Below are positions 8,623 through 16,456 of a stretch of 32,000 bases of DNA, piece after piece. The notes beneath the pieces are model-generated. The model did no database searches. It was given only the letters and a program-made list of their open reading frames with translations, and was not told where the DNA came from. Origin of the DNA: Candidatus Electrothrix sp. GW3-4 (GTDB lineage Bacteria > Desulfobacterota > Desulfobulbia > Desulfobulbales > Desulfobulbaceae); NCBI RefSeq assembly GCF_037902255.1, contig NZ_CP147990.1:3930001-3962000 (forward strand), given 5' to 3'. Positions within the stretch are counted from its first letter, which is position 1, and the number at the start of each line of letters is the position of its first letter. The translations under genes were made by a program, and so were the position numbers.

Positions 8623-9987
8623 CTATCTCAACTTCAAACTATTTGTTAGTGTTGCTAATGCGATCTTAAGATTTGCCTGCGCCCATAGAAGAGGAGTTGC
8701 ATCATTTGGGACGTACTGTCCATTCTTAATATAATAAAGTTCAGGACATTTAAATCCTCCGAGATGGAAATCCATAGATGTCAATTGCCCTAATGATCTA
8801 TAACAATAGCCAATTTGCCTATAAAAATCTGCCTCATTATTCGTCTTCTGAAATTCTAGACCATAAATTGTTGATATAATCGAATCAAAGATACACCATT
8901 GAGCCTCTTCACCTTCGACCAATTGCCTGTCGTGTTCCCTAAGCCAACGCTCACGTTCAGATGAAATTGATGTCCTTATATTGGCAGGAATATCTTCGTA
9001 GTCGCGACACCAAAATGTATCTTTTAAATATCTACGAACTCCAAATGGGCGATCAGTTTCGCCCTGCAATTTGTTAGATACGTTATCCAAAATATTTTTT
9101 GTCATTGCCTTATCGACTACCCCCAATGGATAGCATAAGAATAGCAATGCAGAATCATAGGATCTTGCTTTATCAGACTGGACACACTCGAAAGGGAGTA
9201 TATTACTGAGTGCCTCAGTACCTTTCTGAATCAGGAAGTCCAGAAATTGAAGATTAATGATAATATCTCGATAGCGGCAATAATCGACAAGAGCAGGATT
9301 TTTGATCAGCACCTTCCTTAATTCCTTAAGGCAAGAAACTACAACCCCAATACTCGATGCCTGTACTTTTCGCTCCTCTTCCCAGTGTCCGCTGTCCTTA
9401 TCATTCCAATATGATATGGAATAAAAATATGCACAGAAAAGCCCAAGCAACTCCATATGTTCTATGGTGGGGCTCAACACTTCCTCATTAATTAGCCTAC
9501 AAAAGAACCATACAAAATATCCCAGAGCATCATTCTGGGCATGTTCCCATGGCTGATCTATTTCAGAAAGACTAGGGCCAAAGAACCGAACATGAGGGCG
9601 CTCCATAGGATTATCTGGATTGCTAACTTTGTTAATTATATTCTCAAAGCGATATCTGTATTCAGAAAAATACCGAAACAGAGTCATTAGATTTTTTAAA
9701 GGCACATCAACGAGACCGGAAACATAGTAGGAATATCCTACAAAAATATTATCTCTAATCCAAACGGCTGAATATCCTGTATACTCTGTCGATTCATCAA
9801 GAATGGCTGCCGGGAACAGCCCATTGTCAAGCATTGGAAATTGAAATGTACCTTTCTCATCCAAAAACTCCATAAACTCCATGCAATAGTCATAATTAAA
9901 TCTATTTCGTTCAAACTCAACCAAAAAACGAAAAACTTCATCATTATTGACTATGCATTTAATATCTCTAACATGATGGTGTCTCAT
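8623..9987 (-). CDS. Glycoside hydrolase family 15-like / phosphorylase-kinase alpha-beta-like (alpha/alpha)6-barrel protein, cytoplasmic
   Basis: GH15 hallmark motifs YSAVWIRDN and DSGHWEEE (catalytic acid region). Colinear with the phosphorylase kinase alpha/beta GH15-like domain (HAQNDALGY; PFGVRRYLKD; PLLWAQANL). No signal peptide. AT-rich codon usage. Confidence 0.7.
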   Translation of the reverse strand: MRHHHVRDIKCIVNNDEVFRFLVEFERNRFNYDYCMEFMEFLDEKGTFQFPMLDNGLFPAAILDESTEYTGYSAVWIRDNIFVGYSYYVSGLVDVPLKNLMTLFRYFSEYRYRFENIINKVSNPDNPMERPHVRFFGPSLSEIDQPWEHAQNDALGYFVWFFCRLINEEVLSPTIEHMELLGLFCAYFYSISYWNDKDSGHWEEERKVQASSIGVVVSCLKELRKVLIKNPALVDYCRYRDIIINLQFLDFLIQKGTEALSNILPFECVQSDKARSYDSALLFLCYPLGVVDKAMTKNILDNVSNKLQGETDRPFGVRRYLKDTFWCRDYEDIPANIRTSISSERERWLREHDRQLVEGEEAQWCIFDSIISTIYGLEFQKTNNEADFYRQIGYCYRSLGQLTSMDFHLGGFKCPELYYIKNGQYVPNDATPLLWAQANLKIALATLTNSLKLR

Positions 9988-10034
9988 AGCGAATAACCAG
10001 TATTAGCAAGGGGTTGATATTCAGACTGTATAAT

Positions 10035-10901
10035 TCAACTAGCATTACAGGTCACTTTAATCCGTCTAATATCAATCGTTCCTTTTCCTCCTCTTGGTCT
10101 TCCTATATCATTCGGTATACCAAACTCAAATATGACTGATCCAAGGATATCAAAAAATGGATCTTTTACATCTTTTTTGTAGTAACCATCACTATCAAAT
10201 AATTTCCAGCTATCTTTGTCATACAGGTCTATAACGAATTTCTTCCATTGGGCATTAACTACTTTAAACTGTTTACATTCACCACCATGCTGCGCGTACC
10301 ACCAATGTTGTAAATATTGGTTAACTACTCGTACAGCAACCGCTATTGGTTGTATTGAATCATCGGCACGTCGCGCTTCGAAGGAAAGAAAACGCTTCTT
10401 TTGATCTATTTTTATTGGCTCCTCGTTTTGCGGCCTTATAGCTATATTACTTGGATAGCTTCTTTCGTCTATGTTGTCGAACTCTATTCGAAGAAAATAT
10501 TCGCTATTATTCACATATGCAGATATCTTGCCTCCTTTATAAGTATCTGCCCAAAGATAGTGAACTGCATTTATGTTGCCGTCAGGTCTATGAATCTCGA
10601 AATTCTGAAATATAGAGTCATCTCGAACTGTTGTCTTTAGTCCTAATGCAGTATATAGATCACTTCCTTTATCTCCATTAGGCCACATTACAATATTTGA
10701 ACCGAACAAGGAAATAATGGCAGCGATTAGTATAATAATGGCAAAGATTCCTATTAAGATCCTCCACTCATTACTGGGGAGAGAAAACGTAAGCCCACCA
10801 ATTGTCATTCCTCCTGAGGCTGTAATAAGTGCCAATAAGGAAGCAATAATTATCAAAGCAAGAGGTTGGTTCTTCAGTAGTTCATGGATATAGTCTTTCA
10901 T
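10035..10901 (-). CDS. Hypothetical two-TM membrane protein with a C-terminal beta-sandwich (CBM/jelly-roll-like) domain
   Basis: ATG at 10901 (MKDYIHELL); the track ORF begins at a TTG at 10916. There are two N-terminal helices. The C-terminal ~200 aa has an alternating beta-strand pattern ending GKGTIDIRRIKVT, reminiscent of carbohydrate-binding modules. No firm family. Confidence 0.55.
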   Translation of the reverse strand: MKDYIHELLKNQPLALIIIASLLALITASGGMTIGGLTFSLPSNEWRILIGIFAIIILIAAIISLFGSNIVMWPNGDKGSDLYTALGLKTTVRDDSIFQNFEIHRPDGNINAVHYLWADTYKGGKISAYVNNSEYFLRIEFDNIDERSYPSNIAIRPQNEEPIKIDQKKRFLSFEARRADDSIQPIAVAVRVVNQYLQHWWYAQHGGECKQFKVVNAQWKKFVIDLYDKDSWKLFDSDGYYKKDVKDPFFDILGSVIFEFGIPNDIGRPRGGKGTIDIRRIKVTCNAS

Positions 10902-10963
10902 ACTTTCTCTCGTCAAACATATTTCCCGTTAGAGTTGAATAGTAACAAAAAAAATTGGTATTG

Positions 10964-11311
10964 TTATTCCTTAAAATATTTGTAAGCAGCCCAGCCAAGT
11001 GCTTCAGGGTGAGTAAAAGTAATACCTGCATTAGCTAAATTACCAATTCCAGGAAACATGCCTAATAGAGCTTTAGCACCTTGTACTCCAACATATTCTC
11101 CTGGTTTAACTATTAGATAATTAAGTATATCCTCAGAAACTATTTTATGATCAAATAAACCAGCTAATTCTTTTACCATCTTGGTTTGAATTGCGATTAA
11201 AGCTGGAGTATCTGCTCCAACTGTGGCTCCTTGTGCAAAAGCTCCAGCCGTTGCAGCACACAAAGCAGCTGCTGTATGAATTATTGCACTTGCTTCTTCT
11301 CTTCTTGACAT
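10964..11311 (-). CDS. Small DUF697-like protein
   Basis: 115 aa with an AAGAGG Shine-Dalgarno sequence upstream. The pattern IIHTAAALCAATAGAF...ADTPALIAIQTKMVKELAGLF...FPGIGNLANAGITF...ALGWAAYKYF resembles the DUF697 domain (from recall). Confidence 0.5.
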   Translation of the reverse strand: MSRREEASAIIHTAAALCAATAGAFAQGATVGADTPALIAIQTKMVKELAGLFDHKIVSEDILNYLIVKPGEYVGVQGAKALLGMFPGIGNLANAGITFTHPEALGWAAYKYFKE

Positions 11312-11413
11312 TTTATACCTCTTTAAACGATATCAAGTTTAGTCATATCTAAGAGTATTAATAAGTATAAACTTTCCATACTATTGACTGTAATAGACTC
11401 TTTAAAGTTCCAC

Positions 11414-11983
11414 TTATTCCACTATTGAAAGCAAAAAGAGGAAAAGATTCCTCCACCTTTTTTTAAGCAGGCATTCACAGCCCTCGGCCTCCGGGTTAAA
11501 GGCCAGATTGGTGCCGCTGAGATTGAGCACCCCCTTGCTGTACAACACATCGGCCAGATGGAGGCGGGTGTCCTCTGCCGCATCGATCACTGGGACTTTC
11601 TCGATCATGGGTAGCTTCTCAAAACGGGCCTGCTGCCTGATCTCCCTGAGAAAGGGCTGGAGCACCCGCACATTGACATGCAGGCATTCATCCACTGGCG
11701 GTAACGGGTCGTCCGGCGAATCCAATCTGCCGGTAAAGGAAAAACCGATGGTGAGCATGCCGTCAATGGTCACCTGATCGCCACTGAGCAGCTTCTTCTG
11801 AGCAACCCGTTCCTGAAGGGCCAGCATGGTCTTAACGTCTTCGACGCTGTAGTTGGAATTTTCCTCGTTCATCGCAACGGCCAGGTCATCTGTTCCGGCT
11901 GAGTCGCGGGGTACGAAGCGAATTTTATAGGATTGGGGAACAGTGAGAACGTTTACTTCGGGCCGCCATTGGATCTTTGCCAT
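11414..11983 (-). CDS. HU-like DNA-binding (HU_HIG-type) + DUF4469 protein, probably 3'-truncated with a foreign AT-rich tail
   Basis: ATG at 11983 with GGAG 6 nt upstream. The N-terminus MAKIQWRPEVNVLTVPQSYKIRFV is HU_HIG-like. The DUF4469-like segment (PVIDAAEDTRLHLADVLYSKGVLNLSGTNLAFNPEAEG) stops early, and the last ~17 codons (LLKKRWRNLFLFLLSIVE) lie in AT-rich sequence. Confidence 0.6.
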   Translation of the reverse strand: MAKIQWRPEVNVLTVPQSYKIRFVPRDSAGTDDLAVAMNEENSNYSVEDVKTMLALQERVAQKKLLSGDQVTIDGMLTIGFSFTGRLDSPDDPLPPVDECLHVNVRVLQPFLREIRQQARFEKLPMIEKVPVIDAAEDTRLHLADVLYSKGVLNLSGTNLAFNPEAEGCECLLKKRWRNLFLFLLSIVE

Positions 11984-12114
11984 GAGATGCTCCAATAGTT
12001 GAGGGGGGATGCTGCGCCGATAGGTGGGTGTCAATTTTCCGCAGAGTAATTCCGGCATGTTGCCTTGTCAAGATGTTTTACAAGGCGGCGGGATGTTGAT
12101 CAGGCAGGAAGGAG

Positions 12115-12352
12115 GATGCCCAATACGAATTTTCCTTGTTACGCAATGCGAATTCGTCGTGCTAGCCGATGCGTTTTTTTCATGATACTCGATACGATTC
12201 TGTCGTGATACTCGATGCGATTTGGTCGTGATACTCGATGCGATTTGGTCGTGATACTCGATGCGATTCTGTCGTGATACTCGATGCGATTCTGTCGTGA
12301 TACCCGATGCGATTCTGTCGTGATACCCGATGCGATTCTGTCGTGATATCTA
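12115..12352. repeat. 23-bp tandem repeat array: 7 near-perfect and about 3 degenerate copies of GATACTCGATGCGATTCTGTCGT
   Basis: Exact 23-nt phasing. Good copies start at 12184, 12207, 12230, 12253, 12276, 12299 and 12322. Degenerate copies start at 12115, 12138 and 12161 (about 14-17/23 matches). A partial copy starts at 12345. Variants occur in adjacent pairs (TTGG in copies 2-3, ACCC in copies 6-7). Confidence 0.95.
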
Positions 12353-12431
12353 TAATAATGCGAACAGTTCGGGTTCGAGAGGGGAACGGTATCGGAATTT
12401 GGCAGAATCTTACCTACGAGCAAGAGAGGAG

Positions 12432-12439
12432 GGAGAAGA
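12432..12439. repeat. Target site duplication (left), GGAGAAGA
   Basis: This 8-mer is identical to 14299-14306 and directly abuts the IS terminal inverted repeat. Confidence 0.85.
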
Positions 12440-14298
12440 GGCATGCTTCATATCCACCCAAAAGTAGTTGACACTTTTTTTTAATACAATGCGGCGAAGA
12501 CGCACCAATACATATCACCGCTGTCACTTTCTCAGAGTTGATTAACGGCTTCTTAACTGAAGATCAGGAACCGTTGATGTATAATTTCAGGCCGCTGCCG
12601 AGAAAAATAGAGGGTCTTTTTCCTCAATCAGGTCAAATAGCAGCTCAGTCCAGTCTTTTTCCTGCTTTTTACCCGTCAAAATCTCCATCGGTGTTTTCTT
12701 GACTCGTTTTCCCGCACGGTATCGCCTGTTATTATGATAAAATGCGATCAGATTCAAGGTGTTCTGGTTCACCTGTCCCCGTGAGGTATTCAGATACGGA
12801 CGAATGACGGAGTTGATACATTCGACCATGGCCGAACTCTGTACAATTGTGTCCAACTCGTTGTATACACGATCTTTGATAATTTCAAAATCTTCCTGAA
12901 GATACCCTACGGCGAATTCAAGATGCCTCTGTTCTCTGTCCGCGCATCTCTTACGGCGATCCGCCTTTTTTGCTTTGATCACTGCTTTATGATGCTGCCA
13001 TGCCGAACAGAGCGACGACAGCGCGTTATGATTGATCGGCAATTTTTCGAGTTCTTCCCTGACCTCGAGGGCTACAACGAAATAATTCAGAAGATTCGGC
13101 AGGATATTTTTTATTCCGTCGATTGCTTTGTTGATTTTTTCATTGCCGAGAGTTTCAATCATCTCAAGAGCTGCCTGAATGTTGCCTTCCGCCTGCTGAC
13201 GATTCCGCAGTTGGCCGTCGCAGCAGAACGGGTTCAATTCATTGATAATACATCGGTATAGATAAAAAAAGTTATCATACAGCGCCACGGCCTTCCGCGC
13301 TTCGCTGCGTGCTTTTTCATAGAGTTCGGTTCGTTTGCGGATAACCGCCTTCGTTCGTGCAGAAGCAATTTTTCCTTCGCGGTTATACTCCTCCGTAATA
13401 GCTTTATAAGCCGATTTTTCTAGTTGTTCCAACCGACTTCCGAGACGATATGCAACAGCGTGAAAAGTGTCTGGCTGCCTCATGATGACACCCGAAAAAA
13501 GTTCATCGTGAGCCGCGCACAGCCCGGATCCTTCATCGGTGACGAGATAAATCGCCTCAATTCCATTATTTTCAAGGCAGATCCAATGCTTTTTCCATTC
13601 TTCAGCACGTCGTTTTTCGGCGAGTTCTATCTTTAAAATCGCGGAGCTGATCGGATCGACAGTGATTAGAATAGGTACACCGCCGGAAAATATTTCATCG
13701 CTCAGAAAGACAACCCGCAAATCATTGTCTTCAAGCCTCAGCTCAGGGGGAACAAGCGAGCCTATATGATTTAAATATGTGCTAACAGTACCTTGAGATG
13801 AGAAGCGTAGGCCGATGCGGTTCATTATCGCCACAATAGATCCGATACCGCATTTCCCCTCAAGTCGTAATGAAGCTATCATTTCAACAGCTTCTCTTTT
13901 GTTTTCAGTATCGGCAGGTTGAACGGGCGGCCCGAGCGCAAGTTCAACAATTTCCTCGAAAACCGCCAAGGTGTCATAGATAAACGTCCTGGAAACATTG
14001 TAATATTTCGATAATGCGGTTACCGTGCCCCATAGACCGAAAATTTTAGCGCAATACGCTTCATAAACGATTTGTAGTCGATCGAAAGTTGCTAACTCAG
14101 GGCGACGAAGAAATTTATTTCCGAAAATATTGCTCGCGTTATCGGGGACGGGCACTTGAGGTACGAGAGAAAACATAAGGCGATCTTGGTTCAATTTGGC
14201 TGAGGAGTATTTGCCGTTATAATAGCTGAACCAAGCAGCTTGTCGCAACTTTATGAATAACTTTCTGTACAAGTGTCAACCCGGATATGAAGGATGCC
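12440..14298 (-). mobile_element. Intact insertion sequence, 1859 bp, single DDE transposase gene, 8-bp TSD; family not assigned
   Basis: The terminal IRs are GGCATGCTTCATATCC (12440-12455) and the reverse complement of 14283-14298, GGCATCCTTCATATCC (15/16 match). There is also an internal block GTTGACACTT at both ends (12467-12476; 14271-14280). The element is flanked by a perfect GGAGAAGA duplication. The right IR carries an inward-facing TTGACA that could serve as the -35 for the transposase. Confidence 0.85.
12587..14176 (-). CDS. DDE-type transposase of the IS
   Basis: N-terminal HTH-like region (LSKYYNVSRTFIYDTL). Candidate catalytic residues are in LSDEIF, LVTDEGSG and MVECINSVIRPYL. 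The C-terminus FYHNNRRYRAGKRVKKTPMEIL is typical of transposase/integrase ends. The start is uncertain: ATG at 14176 or TTG at 14272 inside the IR. Confidence 0.75.
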   Translation of the reverse strand: MFSLVPQVPVPDNASNIFGNKFLRRPELATFDRLQIVYEAYCAKIFGLWGTVTALSKYYNVSRTFIYDTLAVFEEIVELALGPPVQPADTENKREAVEMIASLRLEGKCGIGSIVAIMNRIGLRFSSQGTVSTYLNHIGSLVPPELRLEDNDLRVVFLSDEIFSGGVPILITVDPISSAILKIELAEKRRAEEWKKHWICLENNGIEAIYLVTDEGSGLCAAHDELFSGVIMRQPDTFHAVAYRLGSRLEQLEKSAYKAITEEYNREGKIASARTKAVIRKRTELYEKARSEARKAVALYDNFFYLYRCIINELNPFCCDGQLRNRQQAEGNIQAALEMIETLGNEKINKAIDGIKNILPNLLNYFVVALEVREELEKLPINHNALSSLCSAWQHHKAVIKAKKADRRKRCADREQRHLEFAVGYLQEDFEIIKDRVYNELDTIVQSSAMVECINSVIRPYLNTSRGQVNQNTLNLIAFYHNNRRYRAGKRVKKTPMEILTGKKQEKDWTELLFDLIEEKDPLFFSAAA

Positions 14299-14306
14299 GG
14301 AGAAGA
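14299..14306. repeat. Target site duplication (right), GGAGAAGA
   Basis: Identical to 12432-12439. Confidence 0.85.
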
Positions 14307-14309
14307 AAC

Positions 14310-14346
14310 AAAAAAACGGCACCTCAACCCGAAGGCTGAGATGCCG
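14310..14346 (-). terminator. Rho-independent terminator of the symporter operon
   Basis: The minus strand reads CGGCATCTCAGCC-TTCG-GGTTGAGGTGCCG (13-bp stem including 2 G-U pairs) followed by TTTTTTTGTTT. It lies 40 nt after the stop at 14386. Confidence 0.85.
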
Positions 14347-14385
14347 CTTATCACCATACTAATGATACTGTCGTAACTCAGTTCA

Positions 14386-16137
14386 TTATCGCTGCATAAC
14401 GCCGGGAACGCGGATATCCTCAATGAGGTGCTGGATATGCTCTGGCGGTTCCGGGGTAATGCGGGAGACCAGGTAGGCAATGGCAAAGTTCACCAAGGCC
14501 CCGACTGCACCAAAGGCCTCAGGTGAAATCCCGAGGAACCAGTTCTCAGGGGTATTGGCGGCCATTGCAGTATCAGCCACAAAGAACCAGCCCTTGAACC
14601 AGAAGATGTATACCAAGGTAATCAGCAGACCGGATAGCATACCACAAACTGCACCGATATTATTCACCCGCTTGACAAAAACACCCATCATCAGAGCAGG
14701 GAAGATGGAGGAGGCCGCCAGACCAAAGGCCAGAGCAACAACCTGGGCGGCAAATCCTGGAGGATGGAGACCAAACCAACCAGCCACAGCGATAGCACCG
14801 GCCATAGCGATACGACCGGCCATGAGCTCGCCTTTATCACTCATGTTCTTTGCAATAATGCCTTTGAGGAGATCATGAGAGATGGAAGAAGAGATGGCCA
14901 GCAAGAGGCCCGCAGCGGTGGACAGGGCTGCGGCAATACCACCGGCAGCAACCAGGGCAATGACCCAGTTGGGCAGTTTCGCAATCTCAGGATTGGCAAG
15001 GACCATGATATCCCGGTCAACCTTGACCATTTCGTTCTCAACCCCTTCATAGTTGGGGCCAACATACTGGATCCTGCCATCACCATTCTTATCTTCATGG
15101 ACCAGCAGACCGGTTTTTTCCCAGTTCTTAAACCATTGCGGACGCTCCTCGTATTTGAGCCACTCGCCTTCACTTTGCTGGGCAGCCTGCGCCGTACTGG
15201 TGGGACGAATGGTCTCCATCAGATTCAGGCGGGCCATAGCACCTACCGCAGGGGCCGTGGTGTAGAGGATGGCGATAAAGACCAGGGACCAACCCACAGA
15301 AGAACGGGCATCCTTTACCTTAGGCACGGTAAAGAAGCGGGTGATAACATGAGGAAGACCGGCCGTCCCGATCATCAGGGACATGGTATAGAGAAAGATA
15401 TTCAGGGTCGAGCCGTTCTGGGTCGTGTACTGGGTAAAGCCCAGATCAACCAGGGTCTTATCCAGTTTCTCCAACAGGAACATACCAGACCCCTTCAGCT
15501 CTCCACCAAGGCCGAGCTGGGGCAGGGGATTATCGGTGAGCTGGAGGGAGATAAAGACCGCAGGTACGGTGTAGGCAAAGATCAGCACGCAGTACTGAGC
15601 GATCTGAGTGTAGGTAACGCCCTTCATGCCACCGAGAACAGCATAGATGAAGACGATAACCATACCGACACCCAGGCCTACTTCATAGGGGAGTTCAAGA
15701 AAGCGGGAAAAGGCCACACCGATACCCTTCATTTGCCCGATAACATAGGTCAAAGAAGCTACGATCAGACAGATAACCGCAACGACTCGAGCAGTATTGG
15801 AATAATACCGATCACCGATAAATTCAGGAACGGTAAACTTCCCGTATTTCCGCAGGTACGGGGCCAGAAGCATGGCCAACAAACAGTAGCCGCCTGTCCA
15901 GCCCATCAGAAAAACAGACGCATCATAGCCCTTAAAGGCGATGAGTCCGGCCATGGAGATAAACGAGGCCGCAGACATCCAGTCTGCACCAGTGGCCATA
16001 CCGTTGAGCACCGGATGCACGCCCTTGCCAGCAACATAGAACTCACCGGTGGTCCCGGCCCGGGCCTTGATGGCAATAAAGATATAGAGGGCAAAGGTGG
16101 CGCCCACCACCAGATAGGTCATTGCTTGTAAACTCAT
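14386..16137 (-). CDS. Sodium:solute symporter (SSS) family large subunit, ActP-related (the type that pairs with a DUF4212 small subunit)
   Basis: 583 aa, multi-TM. The N-terminus GEFYVAGKGVHPVLNGMATGADWMSAASFISMAGLIAF is typical of cation/acetate-type SSS transporters. It starts 12 nt after a DUF4212 gene. Confidence 0.85.
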   Translation of the reverse strand: MSLQAMTYLVVGATFALYIFIAIKARAGTTGEFYVAGKGVHPVLNGMATGADWMSAASFISMAGLIAFKGYDASVFLMGWTGGYCLLAMLLAPYLRKYGKFTVPEFIGDRYYSNTARVVAVICLIVASLTYVIGQMKGIGVAFSRFLELPYEVGLGVGMVIVFIYAVLGGMKGVTYTQIAQYCVLIFAYTVPAVFISLQLTDNPLPQLGLGGELKGSGMFLLEKLDKTLVDLGFTQYTTQNGSTLNIFLYTMSLMIGTAGLPHVITRFFTVPKVKDARSSVGWSLVFIAILYTTAPAVGAMARLNLMETIRPTSTAQAAQQSEGEWLKYEERPQWFKNWEKTGLLVHEDKNGDGRIQYVGPNYEGVENEMVKVDRDIMVLANPEIAKLPNWVIALVAAGGIAAALSTAAGLLLAISSSISHDLLKGIIAKNMSDKGELMAGRIAMAGAIAVAGWFGLHPPGFAAQVVALAFGLAASSIFPALMMGVFVKRVNNIGAVCGMLSGLLITLVYIFWFKGWFFVADTAMAANTPENWFLGISPEAFGAVGALVNFAIAYLVSRITPEPPEHIQHLIEDIRVPGVMQR

Positions 16138-16149
16138 TCTGTTCTCTCC

Positions 16150-16407
16150 TTAATCTTCCTGTACACCGAATTTACGATCCAGCTGATTCATACGCCAGGC
16201 ATAAAAAAAGACAAGTATGACAAAGCTGTAGATAGACCCTTGCTGGGCAAACCAGAAACCAAGCGGATAGCCGCCCAAAATATGAATGCTATTCAATGCC
16301 GGGGCAAAGAGTATGCCGCAACCATAGGACACGATGAACCAGACAACCAGACATCCGATCACCAAGCGGATGTTCGCCTTCCAGTATTCTTGCGAATCAC
16401 TGCTCAT
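16150..16407 (-). CDS. DUF4212 protein (putative solute:sodium symporter small subunit)
   Basis: 85 aa with two TM helices (WKANIRLVIGCLVVWFIVSYG...GFWFAQQGSIYSFVILVFFYAWRMN). AAGGAGG Shine-Dalgarno sequence upstream. Confidence 0.8.
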   Translation of the reverse strand: MSSDSQEYWKANIRLVIGCLVVWFIVSYGCGILFAPALNSIHILGGYPLGFWFAQQGSIYSFVILVFFYAWRMNQLDRKFGVQED

Positions 16408-16435
16408 ATAACCTCCTTATGTTAATATGTATAAC

Positions 16436-16456
16436 AGGCAAGGTCCTTGCCTGTCT
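16436..16456. promoter_or_regulatory. Perfect 21-bp palindrome ACAGGCAAGG-T-CCTTGCCTGT, 29 nt upstream of the DUF4212 start codon
   Basis: Read directly from the sequence. It could be an operator or a 5'-leader hairpin. Function unknown. Confidence 0.4.

Noticed and set aside
12115-12352. Possible CRISPR array
   Set aside because: The repeats are directly abutting with no spacers. The unit is 23 bp, and no cas genes or leader are present.
12370-12395. tRNA T-arm-like GGGTTCGAG motif near the IS/repeat junction, a possible tRNA-fragment attachment site
   Set aside because: The flanking bases do not form a T-stem, and no acceptor or anticodon arms can be drawn.
12139-12444. 101-aa ORF encoding a repetitive YHDRIASSITT...SHRVSR peptide
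   Set aside because: It is an artefact of the 23-bp tandem repeat, whose minus strand happens to lack stop codons in all three frames. It has no Shine-Dalgarno sequence, and the periodicity is 23 nt, not codon-based.
14364-14374. GATACTGTCGT between the symporter stop and its terminator, resembling the first 5 and last 6 nt of the 23-bp repeat unit
   Set aside because: The match is short and composite, with the internal 12 nt missing. It could be chance, and there is no supporting context.
14764-16131. 455-aa ORF antisense to the SSS transporter gene
   Set aside because: It is a shadow ORF opposite a clearly coding membrane transporter. The translation is Gly/His/Arg/Asp-rich and has no motifs.
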